Counted from the first letter of the whole stretch, positions 21,811-34,878 are shown. The stretch is DNA of 63,981 nt, filler included, from Piptocephalis cylindrospora (GCA_003614145.1; 7 parts of 7 records of this genome joined end to end with filler, not necessarily neighbours in it), one strand, 5' to 3'. Notes: generated by a model not told the origin, from the letters alone. Made by a program: numbers and translations.

Positions 21811-23862
21811 TCATCCTCTTAACCACTCCTCCCACTCCTCCATCCGGCCTGAGGCTAGATGAGACGTGGAGGTCCGACCCGTCTCGTCCGCCTGGGGAAA
21901 GCCGGTCAACCCCTCCATTAGAGGAGAGATGGTCGCATTAAGTACCGTGCCCACATCCGGCCCAAGACGGCGAAGCACCGAAGCCACAAACTCAATGGGG
22001 TCCTTGACCTTCTCCCTTTCCTCAGCTACTTCTCTTGTCCCTCCAGCACCACTACCTACGGCCTCTTCCCCTTCCTTGACTCCTGAAGAGGGCTTGCGTG
22101 CTGTGGAGGGCGCTGTCGCGCTTGTAAGGGCTGCTGCTGTAGACCCTGCGGCGGAATCTTTCCTCCCTCCATTAGGTGCAGATGAAGCATCACTCTTTCT
22201 CTTCTTGGCAGGAGGCATTCGTAGATCCTTGACACTAAGTCCCTTCCCCAAGAGTTCCCCGGGGACATGAACTACTCCATCAGGAGGTAGAGCCATCAGG
22301 GGTTGAATGGGAGGGGGTTGGATCACCGATCCTGCTCCTCCCCCCTCTGACTTTGAAGCAGAAGCAGTAATGGCGGTTGCGGGGGGGGCAGGTTTCTTCC
22401 CAGTTTCCCCTGGAGTGGTGGTCCCAGAACTCGGGGTAGGGGCTGTGGAGGGAGAATCCACGGCCCCTTCCGAGCCCCCCTCAGATTCATCAGATCCAGG
22501 CTCCACCGTTGCCTTGGCTTGTGCCGATCGGACCTTCTGACGAACGTATCCAAAGTATCGAAGGACCATTTCGTAAATATGTTGCAGCTTATCGGGCAAG
22601 AGGTAGATGGCGTTCTTAGGAAGACCCTGAAGTTGCTCGTGGAGCATCATCTCAATGTGTATAAGCCTCCGTACCTCCTCCAGATGTCCCGTCAGTGAAT
22701 AGAACATGGGGACCAATTGATCTAGGCCCCGGACAAACGGATCCGCTTGCCTCATCAACACTACCACCCGCCTTCTTTCCTCACCCGACATACCCTCAAT
22801 TGGCGCCGGCGTCTGTCGGTTGGCCGTCCACTCGGCCCTGAGCTGTCGAACCACCTCGATCGACTCGGTTGACGGTGCAGGCCTTCCCCCTGGCCCCAAG
22901 GAGAGGGATTGGCCCATTCCGTCCGCTTGTGTCGATCCTGAGCCAGGGATATTGTTGTTACCCAGGTCGATCAAGGCATTGGTAATCGAAGACCCCTGTT
23001 CCGTCGGCGCCCTAACCAAGACATTGACGGGTTGTGTTTGACTGGATAGGGACGCGTGAGAGGTGAAAGGGATGGGGTAGAAGATCAAATAGACTTACGT
23101 GGTGGAGGTAGATGTTTTCCCCCCCATGCCGCCCATTGCCCCAGTTGGGGGGTTTATGGTGGATACCGGGGTGGAATTGGGAAGAGTGGCAGCATGGGAC
23201 ATGGCAGCTACGTTAGCCATAGCCGCTGCATTGGACTGAATGGAGGAATTGGACGCGGCAGTCATCTGACTGAGCATCGCTGCTGGATTAAACTGCCCTC
23301 CATTTGGGTTGAACATGGCCGCAGGGTTGGCCATAGCGGCCGAGGTGGCCAAGGCAGCTGAAGTGGCCAAAACCCCGGGATTGAGCATAGCGGCAGAGTT
23401 AAGTAGGGCAGCAGGATTGTTCATAGTGGTGGAGTTGGGCATAACAGGAGGATTGGACATTGCAGCGGAATTGGGAAGGGCAGCAGGATTGGCCATGGCA
23501 GCCGAATTGGGCATGACTGGAGTATTGGCGACCCCTGTCATCGAGGTGCTACCCACAGAAGCCAGGGAGGTGGTGGGAGTCAGGGTGGCTTCAGCGGATG
23601 GCATGCCCTGGACTGGCCTGGTCCGCTGTTGCTGGATTTCAAGGAGCTTTCGTTGTAGCGTCACCATATACGTTTCTTTGGACGGAGCCTTTAGAAAGAT
23701 GGAGCCTTCAAAGTGCTTGGCCAGCTCAAGGATCCGCTCATCGGCAATATTGGGCGAAAGGATCTTGAGAGACCCTGCCAATGTTCGAATATAATGGAAG
23801 CGTTCTGAGGAGGGGCAGTTGACCTGCCAGGCCACTTCGTGTGCCAAATTAGATTGGTCCAT
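21811..23862 (-). CDS. MED15: Mediator subunit Med15/Gal11-like protein with an N-terminal KIX domain; intron 23042-23098
   Basis: N-terminus WQVNCPSSERFHYI...LAKHFEGSIFLKAPSKETYM...KLLEI fits the fungal KIX pattern. Central helical region and KKRK motif. Confidence 0.7.
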
Positions 23863-24503
23863 AGGGGGTAAAGGGGATGGGTGCGATCTTGGGGAAGACC
23901 AGGTTAGAATGGGAGAAGCGAGGGAGAGAAGGAGACTGTGTGGGGCTTTGTGATGGAGCGGCTTTATTATTGCCTGATCCACTTGGGCTCGTTGTCTCTG
24001 GCCCGCAAAGACTCCTTTTCCCCACAATAGGAGCTTGCACAATAATAATGACAGCTTCCTTCCTGGCTTTAGATTGTCTTGATCCATGTTGAGAGGATAG
24101 GCGATTAATCGATTGCGCTGTAGAATACATGCATATCATTATTTAACTTCTCACTGAGCCTTGATCACGAGAGGGGATAGGCTTGTCTATCCCTTTCTTG
24201 GGATTGAAATAACGACAACGAACCACTTTATCATGTATAGAAAATAAGAAAAGATCGTGGTCTAGAGATAGAGATAAGAGCAAATATATGCGAATAGGTC
24301 ATAGAGACGGATACTCCTTGACCCTATAGACACTGATAAAGACCATTGGAATAGCACTGTTGATCTAGTATAGAAAGAATACTATGAGCAAACACGAGAT
24401 CGTCCATGCTACTGGCATGAAGGGTTAATCAACCACCCGTGAGGTCAGCCATGAAGGAAGCGCGCTTTTTATGGATAAAATCGGGTGTCTAATCATCCCC
24501 GTC

Positions 24504-24689
24504 CTAATGGGGTGGTTGGGGAGTGGGTTCCATCACATAGATGACGGTGGTGGTGTAAGGGGTGATCAAGGTAGTGGCCACCGCACCACGACGACGGAGA
24601 TCACGATCGCCAGATTCACCATCATTTGACAAGGCCATGACTGAGGCAATGACGCCCAAGATTGCAATAGAGGTTATCAAGACGCGCAT
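24504..24689 (-). CDS. Small secreted peptide precursor, 61 aa (signal, acidic spacer, LRRR, Thr-rich peptide)
   Basis: MRVLITSIAILGVIASVMA-LSNDGESGDRD-LRRR|GAVATTLITPYTTTVIYVMEPTPQPPH. Confidence 0.65.
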   Translation of the reverse strand: MRVLITSIAILGVIASVMALSNDGESGDRDLRRRGAVATTLITPYTTTVIYVMEPTPQPPH

Positions 24690-26531
24690 GGTTGAATAAA
24701 CTTGGAAGAAAGAACGGGCCAGCCGGGAAAAGAGAGTCGAGTCAGATGTAGTATGGTAAAGAGGCGGGATATGGTAGAAGGTTTCTTTCGGGAGGGGACA
24801 AGCGCACCTTTATCCAAATTATACCTTTCCCAGGCCCTTTCACTCCCCGTTGCACTAAAACATCTTGAATCGTACCAGAGGAATGCTTCTAAAGAAAGAA
24901 CAGCATATGATGGTGGCCCCATGAAAATGGGTGATGTGGCTCATGAGCAAATGAACAAAATTTGGATGGAATATTCTTCACTGCTCCTTCTTCGCAGAGG
25001 CTCCCCAAAGCGCGGTCCTTGAGACGAAGGTACGATTTGAAACGCACCTGACGGAACAAAAGAATACCAATGGTTTCATCCATCCCACTTTTAAAATGGT
25101 AATTTCCATCAAGGGAAAAATGATGACATTCTCCTCAATGAGGAGAATGGGAATTTAGACAGGATGGTAGTAGTAAAGCCATTGCATTTTCCCTAAGTGG
25201 GGCAGGGTGGTAGATATTCAAACACAATACCCGCACTTAAGCCGGCCTGCATTGTACCAGGAGTTAGATAGGGTGGTTGTTTCAGTGGCTGTTTCTTCTT
25301 TGACCAAGTTGTAGGGGTCCGTGAAATTGTTTTGTCTTTGTACATCAGTTCCCCTTCCAACCGGATCAGACAGTGAGAAAATGTAACAATCGGACCACCT
25401 GACCACCCGAGTCATATGCCAAGGGTATCTTGAAAGCAAAGATGGCCTTTGCAAGGCATAACCTCACCATCGTTCCTCTGCAATCTAAAGCAGCTGAATC
25501 GTGCTATGAATGGATTAAGCGGGGTTTATGGGCGACTCGTTTTGTCTGCCTCGCCTCATAGCATCGTTCAAATTAGGATGTCCAAATAGTATCTCCACTC
25601 ATCTCTATCCCATAAATTTCCGACAATTTGTACCTTAGCCAGAACTAGTGGGTGAGATGAGGTTGTAGCTGGTTGATTTGATGTATGGTTTAAGAAGGCT
25701 CTGACGCTAGCCTAACCACCGTTCGACGGCCGGGTAAACCACCATTTCTTGTCCAGGAAGGCAGGTATTATGTTTCTCTCAGTCTATCCACTATGGGGAA
25801 TGAAGTGGCCTATCGGTTGTCTGACAGATTCTACCAGACAGCAAGTCGCAGTTAGATAGCCACACTGGGAAAGAAAGGAATGCATGTATGTATAGAGAAA
25901 ACCCATAGATGTATCCGATACGGAGTTCCAAAATAATGCACCTAATTGGTGAGGATAAACCTAAAGGAGAGGGTCGGGTTACTCAGAAATGCTACGAAAG
26001 GCGGAGGAAAGTAAACAACAGTCATAAAACGCTCCTCTCCTTTCCCTTGCTAGATACCAAACTCCGCCCACATATGGTTTAGTGGTGCTATGAGAAATTA
26101 TAGTGCAGCCCAATTTGCTCAACTCTACAGTAGAGCCGGCGAAGTTTAATGAAAAGTCACGTATATTCTTTCCATGTCGTGTGAGGGAAGTAAGGAAGTA
26201 CAGATGTAACATCAAGATAAATACCATCCCTTCCATCCCTTCCCTCCCTTCCGTCTCTTCCTCCCCCTCCCCCGCCCTCTTCCTCCTTTCCTTTTCTCAA
26301 ATACCCCGTTTCACATCCTTATCTCCTTAGCTTGCAATTGCCGCTACCCCCTTCATTCGTTCACCTGGCGTGAACCCCTTTAACCTGGATCCCCTCGCCT
26401 GGTGTGAGCCCTTCCTGATCTAAACAACATCTCCCTACATATCCCACCTCTTTTCCTATCTCTCGTTCACTCCCCTCACTTCGTCTCACCCTACTCACTT
26501 CTTCGTTCACGTCCTCGAACATCTGTTTATC

Positions 26532-27980
26532 ATGAGAGCGTCAGTGCTTATCTTCTCTCTCCTGATCTGGGTCATGTGCCCTGAACATGTTGTCGCGCCA
26601 TTTCCTGGTAAGATAATTTCGTGGGTGAATGGGTATATCCTTTTTGAAGGGTATGTCCTGTCGCTTCTTTTTGGCGCTATGGACCTAGAAACAACACTTT
26701 TCCTCATGCCCCCTACTCGCTCCATTCAGGCTCCCGTTCATCAACTCATGTGCCTATCACCGTCGTAAAGCCACCAAGAAATAGTAAGTAAACAGATGAA
26801 TGATAAAGTGTGGCATACTCTCCCATGGTGATTTAATGAATAGCCGGATCACCTATTGCCATTCTCGCTATCCTCATTCATGGATTGCATCCAGCATCGC
26901 TGATCCTTACTTTATGATAACCTATATCCCTTTTTATCTCATCCAGCCGGCCCCAGTTCTCCACACACCAGTCCAAATCCCAACACTCATCAAGTTCCTG
27001 TTGTAAGACCCTTTTGATGCTTTTGCATCTACAAGTTTTCTGTAATGATTACTTTCTCATCTCGCTCCCTTTGTCATCGCGTCTTCATGACTTGCTTCAT
27101 ATATATTTTTTGGAAAACCAAAGGTTCATCCGCAAGGTAAGATATATGCAATTTCATTAATCATTCGTCTTATCGCCTCTTTTACTCAACCAGTGCCTCC
27201 TTTCTGTCTCCAATGCACTAGTTCCCCGTCCAAAGGTTCATAATCAAAACCAAGGGGCATCATTACCCACCTCAGGTGGTCCTCGTCCAGGCCCCCAAGT
27301 AGGGATCGATTCCTCGGTCAGTAGTAAGATTTCCAAGATCTCAAGCATATCTGATCTTAAGAGCGAAGATCTTACTAGGCTTAGAAATTTGTTTACCATA
27401 AAGGTAATTGCTTTCATCTCTGACATGATTAGGGTACTATTAGCAGGCAATCTTCTTTCTATGATACGAAAAGTCAATTTCTACCATAGAGGATGCACTA
27501 AATTTTTACCTCCCTTCCTCCTCCTCTTTTTAATTTATCATTTGCTTATGCATCTGTCTTTCCCTTTTTTATTTATCTTACCGCTGTACTGAATCAAAAC
27601 AGGATCTAGGCGGGTCTTCTCCAGCTCTTAGGTTTTTCAGTGATGAATCACTAAACGGCATTTCCATGGATGTGAAAATCAAGATGTACGACCAGCTAGC
27701 CTCTGAGCATCCAGGTGGAATCATTCCGAGCGCTCCTGTACTTGATTCTCCCGAAGCAGCATCCCCGGTAAGTCAATTCCCGCTTCAATTATCACTGCCA
27801 TCACACACTTTTTTTTACACGAACGAAGGGCATTATTAGCAGAGAAGGCTGCTTAGAATGATATGGTTACCGTTATATTCCTTTACTGTCTCCGCAAAAT
27901 GCCCTTCCAACACTATTATCTCATCCCTCCTCCTCTCTCACTATGCCCTCATGCTTCGATCACACTTTCTAGAACAGCAA
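26532..27980 (+). CDS. Putative multi-exon orphan secreted protein, truncated at the contig end
   Basis: Signal-like MRASVLIFSLLIWVMCPEHVVA followed by GTAAGA. Repeated GTAAG/GTAAT donors; open exons at ~27222-27402 and ~27603-27767 with compatible phase. Confidence 0.45.
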
Positions 27981-28080
27981 NNNNNNNNNNNNNNNNNNNN
28001 NNNNNNNNNNNNNNNNNNNNNNNNTTAATTAATTAANNNNNNNNNNNNNNNNNNNNNNNNNNNNNNNNNNNNNNNNNNNN

Positions 28081-28162
28081 GGAGGGGGGCGCGGGGGGGG
28101 GGGCGGGGGGCGGGGGGGGGAGGGGGTGGGGAGGGGGGGTGACGGGGAGGGGGGGGGAGGGT

Positions 28163-28199
<37 letters not shown>
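28081..28199. repeat. Poly-G low-complexity contig end
   Basis: Nearly pure G run at the contig start; probably low-quality sequence. Confidence 0.9.
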
Positions 28200-28200
<1 letters not shown>

Positions 28201-28925
28201 TCCTGGTCGAAAGGATAGGGAAGCCAAGTGAATAGGGGAGAGGGAGGGAGGGAGAGAAAAGGGAGGAGGAGAAAGGGGGAGGGGGTAAAGAGGACAGAGA
28301 CAAAAATGAGCTATCAAGGACCGGAAATTTCAGGTCTGCGACGGGGATGAAGGGACAGGTCAACCGAGATGGGAGAGATGGGATGGGATAGGATGGTGAA
28401 AGCGAAAGGGGAGGGAAAAAAAAGTGTGTGGCGAGAAGGGGGACGGGGGTTCGGGACGCACAACAGGGTACCAAGGACAAAGGAGCAAAGGACGACGACG
28501 ACGACCAACAAGGAGGGAGGGAGAGGGGGAGGGAAGCGGAGGAGGGAGAGAGGGAGGGAAGGAGGAAGGAGAAGGAGGAGGAGGAGGAGGAGAAGGTAGC
28601 GTCAGTTGAGATGTGCGGAGTAAGTACGCCTACTGTGGAGCAGAAGGGTGGTGGTGAGGGGGGAGAAAGAGGGGCGCAAGGGGCTCACTCCATCCCTCTC
28701 TCTCTCCCTTTCTCTCTCTACAGGGAGAAGGTGTGCGAGACACTCCGCAGCGCTCCCCCTCTCCCTCCTCCCCCATCCCCCATCCTTCCACATTACCAAG
28801 CTCTCCCCAGCTCTGTGCTTGACTGGTCTCCGACGATGGCTGGACCACTTTATCTGAGCTGTGCTCGGCCTTGTCCAATGCCGACGCCTCTAACAATAAT
28901 TATTGTGTGTATGTGTAAAGATAGG

Positions 28926-28961
<36 letters not shown>

Positions 28962-29093
28962 CAGGGATAAGGAGTGGATGGGACGCAAGGTGCTGAGAGT
29001 GAATGGAAAGGATGTGCAGTGAGGAGACGCCCACATAGACTCATAGAAATGGGGAAATGATGGACGCAGATGTCCTGCAGGAGACCATCAATG

Positions 29094-29157
29094 TTGGCCA
29101 TGGGGGATGGAGGAGGGATCATGTATTGGCCATGGGGGATGGAGGAGGGATCATGTA
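29094..29157. repeat. Perfect 32-bp tandem duplication
   Basis: TTGGCCATGGGGGATGGAGGAGGGATCATGTA twice. Confidence 0.9.
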
Positions 29158-30461
29158 TCCCGCCATCCTGGGTAAGAGATACTGGGATCCCTACCCTGCC
29201 TCTCTTCCATGTGCTTACGCCTCCGGGTTTCAGGAAGGATAGCCGACAATGATTCTTACCATGTGGGGGAAGGCCTGGCGAGGGTCCATACCAGGTAAGT
29301 TGGGAGGGGAAATGATGAGTGATGACTTGCCTTGCGCGGGGGGAGGGGGAGAGGGATGTATCGGGGAATCCTAGGGGGAGGAGGATATTCGCTCCCATGG
29401 CCCTCACCCTGTCATGATCATTCCTTCATCCTCAATCACCTCCTCAATTCAGACAGGAGGATCTGTCAAAGGGTGAAACGAGGCAATATCCCTCTCACTC
29501 TCCAAGTTCCCAGATTTCTGTGCAAATCCACAGAGTGTCATGGAAGATACAGGGGGTAATATAGATAGGGTCGGGAGGAGGTGAGGGAGGATGGGGAAGG
29601 AGGGAGGTACAGATTCTTACATGAAAATGTCCCAAAGGAGACACACACACATTACATCCCATTGTGTGTGTGTGTGCGGCAGTACACCTCCCTTCGATCA
29701 CCTTGCGGACAAGTCGACTCTATCCTGCTGCACCCTTGCTATCTTGATGATCTGTGTTGTTCAATATGAAATGCATAGTAATAATACGGATGGAGATGAT
29801 CATCCAAGGAAAAGAAGTATGGAAAACATGTAAGGCATTCTGTCAGTGAAAGGAAGGGTGAGGGCGTCACTTCCAGGTCCATCCAGCCATCTCATACAGA
29901 GCTCACCGAATGCACCCTTTCATGCCGCCGTGTTTAAACCTTCTAATCGTCAAACCGAATGTCGACAAGACAGGGGGAAATAAGGGAATGGAGGAGAGGG
30001 ACAAGCCCTTTTCCCCACTCCCCCAAGAACCCCCGCCTATTTCTCGCGGGTATAACGGTAGAGCTCGGATGTGCAAGGTGGAATGCACTGTGTGTGGCCT
30101 AAAGCATGTCCCCTTTGCAGCGCTTTCCCCGCCTCCCAAGATGGGCGATGAGGAAAGCGCTGCAAAAGGGACAGGCAAAGGCAACAGAGGCAAACCAGCA
30201 CGACTGGCTACAAGAATCATCCCTGAAAAGTACGAAGAACCCCCAGTCAGGGAGGGGTAGTTACTGCGAGGGTGGCGGAGAGATATCGACCCAAGGGCTG
30301 ACTCTATGCGGAATTGTGGGATCTCGTGGTAGAGTGGGGGCACATTCTTGTTTTGCTGTCGTCGTTGGTATTGTTCAAGAGGAGTGCAACCCCTTGATCC
30401 TTACCTTTTTCTTCCTTTTCCTCTCCATCTCAACTACGCCCCAAGACAGCATCTCATCAGC

Positions 30462-31769
30462 ATGGTAAGGGATCCGGAGCATCAGCGTGCATCGTCTCCG
30501 TCCTCAACTCATCCCCACCCATCCCACATCACATCGCATCCTAGGCTCGTAATCAGGAAAAGGCACAGTAAGTCCTTGGAGATAGTCGTGAATCCCATCA
30601 TCCCAACTTATTCCCTTCCTCTCTCTCTCTCTCTCTCTCTCCCTCCTTATCAGGTCCATGCTCTACCGCTTCAGGGAGGCCCAGGCTGCCGAGTTGGGCG
30701 TGGGTGGCTTTGCCAGCCAGTCCAGACCAAGGCATGCCTCCAAGTGCGAACGGCTGCCTGATGCTGAGAGATGGAGGCAACAGGTCATCCAGGAGGCTAG
30801 CCGTAAAATCTCTCAGATTCAAAATGGTAGGCTTTATGTGCGGTGGATTGAGGAAGAAGCCAGAACTCACCTCCCCCCTCCCTTCCCCCATCTTAATAAT
30901 AACAATAATAATAATAACACGATCAGCCGGTCTATCTGAGCACCAAATTAGGGAAATGAACGATGAGATCAATCGCCTTATGCGGGAGAAGCGTGCTTGG
31001 GAGTACAGAATCAAGGAGCTTGGCGGCCCGGATTACACGGTAAATCGGAACTCTGGGTGATGGACCATGCGCATGTCCTCCTACTCATCCCCTCTTCTTA
31101 TTAGCGTATTGGATCAAGGATCATTGATGCCGAAGGAAAGTTCCTCCCAGGGACCCGTGGATACAAGTAAGAGTCTTAGTGCTATGGAACCTTTCAGAGG
31201 CTCACTTTACCGTATCCACTTAACATCATCCCTCCTTCCTTCCCTCCAGATACTATGGAAGAGCCAAGGATCTACCTGGGGTCAAGGAATTCTTCGATTC
31301 ATCCCGTAGGTCATTCTGTGTTGGATAGGAAATATCCTATGCACAATCTCTTACTGACCCTCCATGTCTATAGGACCGGAAAAGGATCAGGGTGAGGCCC
31401 ATCCGGGTTCCTCTAAGGCCCCCATCATCATCCATGGGGAAGCGGCTTACTATGCTTTCGATGTGGATGCTGAGGAGATGAGTCGATTAGAGCGGCAGGA
31501 GCAATCCCGGGAGGTGGAACGTAGGTCTTTTTCCCTCTTTCCCCCAGCTAAGATAGGTCGTGACGCCCTCTCATCCCCCTCCCCTTACTGCAGTTCTCGA
31601 GGATCTTTCTACCACAGAAGCCAAGGAACAAGTAGATCATCCTCAAACGAACCAGGATCTCCCCGGGCTACGCGATCAGGCTATCCCCTCTCAATCTGAA
31701 GTAGGCGCCTTTCTCCTTCAGTATCGGAAGCAAATGTTAGCCAAGAGATATCTTCAGGACGAGGAATAA
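30462..31769 (+). CDS. ISY1: Pre-mRNA splicing factor Isy1 (multi-exon; first coding exon is ATG only, second is 23 nt)
   Basis: Spliced M-ARNQEKAQ-SMLYRFREAQAAELG, AERWRQQVIQEASRKISQIQN, LSEHQIREMNDEINRLMREKRAWEYRIKELGGPDY, GY-YYGRAKDLPGVKE. Confidence 0.95.
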
Positions 31770-32685
31770 TAGTGCTGTGGGGGCATGGAGAGGTGTCCTG
31801 TGCGTAAGATGGGTTGTATCATAGATCAAGTTCAAATATTCCATGTCGTTTGTTTTTATCGATGGCTTATCAGAGTGTGAACATCCTTACTCATAAAGAT
31901 GGACAGGGAATATGGGGGCGGTGTGGTAAAATAGACTCATTTCCCTACTAGACATTTTTGATATCAATTTGCCAAACATAAATCAGTATAGTATCAACAT
32001 TATTCCATTTAACGATCCGCAATTCTATGGATACCCAGTATACAGTAGCTACAGCAATTAAGGATTAAGGGAGTGTGAGTCAGAAGGTCAGGAAAGGGGG
32101 AGGGAGGTCAACGATAATAGGTAGGTCGTGTAAGATAGGGTAAGCTCAGTGTTAATTTGGTGATCATACTCGGCATGTGGCCCGAAGGCCCTGAGAGTGG
32201 TGCATGATAAGGTGTCATCTTGGCTTGGGGATGGGGTGATATGGGGAGAGGGCGGTTGCTTACCTATACAAAGATGGATGAATGCATAGATGGATGGATG
32301 GATGGATGGATGGATGGATGGATAAGAAGAAAGGCAGATGGATGGGGCTCTCTCCTCAAGAGATTCGCGTTTCTTTTTATACTAGCTCCAGCTGGCTGCC
32401 ACAACAGTAAGGTTCTGTAGACACCTGCACACAAGATCACACATCTTGACGCGCTACCCCCATGAGGTGTGAAAGCTCCGATGGTCGTCGTGTCTCAACA
32501 GGCTCGGGCCCCAGGATGCGCTGACTTGAAAGACTTTCTGGCCTGGTGAGGAAACCATTGATCCATGCACTCCCTCACTAGATTCACAGGCGAGACGTCA
32601 ATGACAAGAGTACAATCCCTCTCTCTTCCTTCATCCTCCATCAATTCAGTTCATTTCCCCCCCATCCCCCCATCCATCCAGTCCT

Positions 32686-34634
32686 ATGGAAATTACACGA
32701 GGCGAATTCGCCAAAGCTCTTCCGGGGATCCTGGCCAATTTGGAGGCGTGTGATTTTTGTACTGTAGATGCCGAGTTTACCGGTGAGTCGTTGCATGTAG
32801 AGTCCATCACATCCCTCCCCCCATCCATATCATCCCATCCCATCCCATCTCATCTTGCCGGTCCTACCCATCTCATCTAAATAGGCTTCACCACCGAATC
32901 GGCCCAAAGTAGTCATTTTGACTCTCTAGATGACCGATACGCCAAACATCGTACAACTGCTCAAACCTACCAGATTTGCCAGCTGGGCCTTTGCCCCTTC
33001 ATCTATCACCCTGATACGGGTGAGTATACGGCCCACCCGTACAATTTCTACGTCTTTCCTCGACGCGGAGCCACATCCAATGATCCCATCGGAGCCACCT
33101 TTGCTGTCCAGGCTACCTCCCTAGAATTCCTTCGCCAACAGAATTTCGACCTCAATCGCTGGGTATGGCATGGTATTGGCTACATGACTCGGGAGGAGGA
33201 GGGGAATCGGGAGAGGACCCAAGTCCTCGCCGATATCCATGTCGATCCCCCTGGCCAGGCGTTCCTTGATCGGGCCCATCAGAGCATCCAAGATTGGCTG
33301 CACCATGCACCCGGCGCTCCCACCGAGAAGTACCTCAACCTCACCACCTCTAATGGATATCAGAAGCGTCTAGTCTTTCAGCATGTTCGACAAAGGTACC
33401 ATTCATATCGAGGGAAAGGAGAGGGTGATCAGAGCACATTTTGGCTTGGCATTGTTTTTCCTAGTGAAAACGGTACCATCCGTGTCCCAAAGCTCGTTGG
33501 GATGTTTGAATTTGCATCTACATCAACCTCAGAACACATCTCAAACCATATTTTTTCCCTTTTAGATATCCCGATGTGCTAGATGCCACTGGTATGCATG
33601 GCTTTGTCCAAATCCGTCGAAAGGGGCCGGGAAAGGACAAAAAGAAAATAAAACAAGAGCAATGCAAAAAGGTATGATGCACTTAATTTCTCTCTATTAT
33701 ATCCTAATAATGCTAATCCCAGCTATATCAGGAATGGATGGTCAAGGATGTAGGACTACGTAGCCTCCTGGATGTCCTGGTTGCCAGCAAAAAGCCGCTC
33801 GTGGGTCATAACATGATCCTAGATATTCTCTTTATCCACAATACCTTTCATTCATCAAGGCCTCTTCCTTCACACCGGTCTGACTTTATCCGAGAATTTC
33901 ACTCCCTCCACCCTATCCTATTTGATACGAAATGGCTGGCCGAGGAAGCGGATATCCCCTGGACTATGGGACTGGAAGATACGTCGATTCAGACTTTAAT
34001 GACCACAAGTCCCCGGTCTACCATCTCGTCTGTTCAATTGGCTCCTGGATTCGACCTGTACCAGGGTCGAGAGAAGATGCATGAAGCTGGGTATGATGCT
34101 TACGCCACAGGTCTGATCTTTCTTGACCTGATCCAACCCCTACTCTCCTCCTCCCCCTTTCCGCTGTTTCCCGTGAACCAAGGATATGTACAAATTCCTC
34201 GCCCTCTACAGGCCCACCTCAATCATTTGTACATGATCAAGCTGGGAAGCATCCCCTTCTTCCTTGGATCTGATGAGAAGTTCAAGGAGATGGAGGCTCA
34301 GATCCCAAGGAGAGGTAAGCGAAGTTTCATCACTGCAAATAGGTGGGGTGCTTCTTCTTACCCCGCTTACCATTGTTTAATAGAGGAAAAAGAAAATGTC
34401 CTTCTCCTCACCCTTCCCCCAGGGTCCAGGATTGATCTCCGAGCCATACAATGGGCCATTTCCGACTTGGGCCCTGGCGTAACCATCCAGGCTGCAGGAG
34501 AGGATCGATGGTGGGTGGCCCCGGTCAACCATTCGGGGTCCGGGGTCCTGACGGTGGAGAGACTGCAGGAAGTCGTTGCACGGGATGGAACGCTACCTGT
34601 CTGTCAGGTGCATCGTGCCCCCTTATCAGAATGA
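32686..34634 (+). CDS. PARN: Poly(A)-specific ribonuclease PARN-like (CAF1/DEDD family); about 5 exons
   Basis: DFCTVDAEFTG, YQICQLGLC, YNFYVFP, SLEFLRQQNFDLN, LVGHNMILD, FDTK, HEAGYDAY. Confidence 0.88.
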
Positions 34635-34878
34635 TTAGCTGGAGCGTACGATGAGTTTCTACCTCTATTAGCTTGTTGAATATCCTTGTATGCTCAGTCA
34701 TCTGTCATTATGTCTAGATGTTTTTAAAGAGGATCTATGGGGTACAGTGTTGGCTACTTTACCTCCCGTGAAAAGAGAGATGTCATCAGCCTCTCCCTCA
34801 CACTGAGGAAGACTGCGCCAAATAGTAAATCCATTCAATTCATCTATCCTAGATCAGTAAGCATGCGTATCACGCAGC

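Noticed and set aside
28081..28199. G-quadruplex or poly-Pro ORFs
   Set aside because: Poly-G at a contig edge is probably low-quality sequence; the ORFs are low-complexity artefacts.
32140..32200. tRNA-like start (GGGTAAGCTCAGTG...TGGT)
   Set aside because: No T-loop GTTCRA and no acceptor-stem pairing found.
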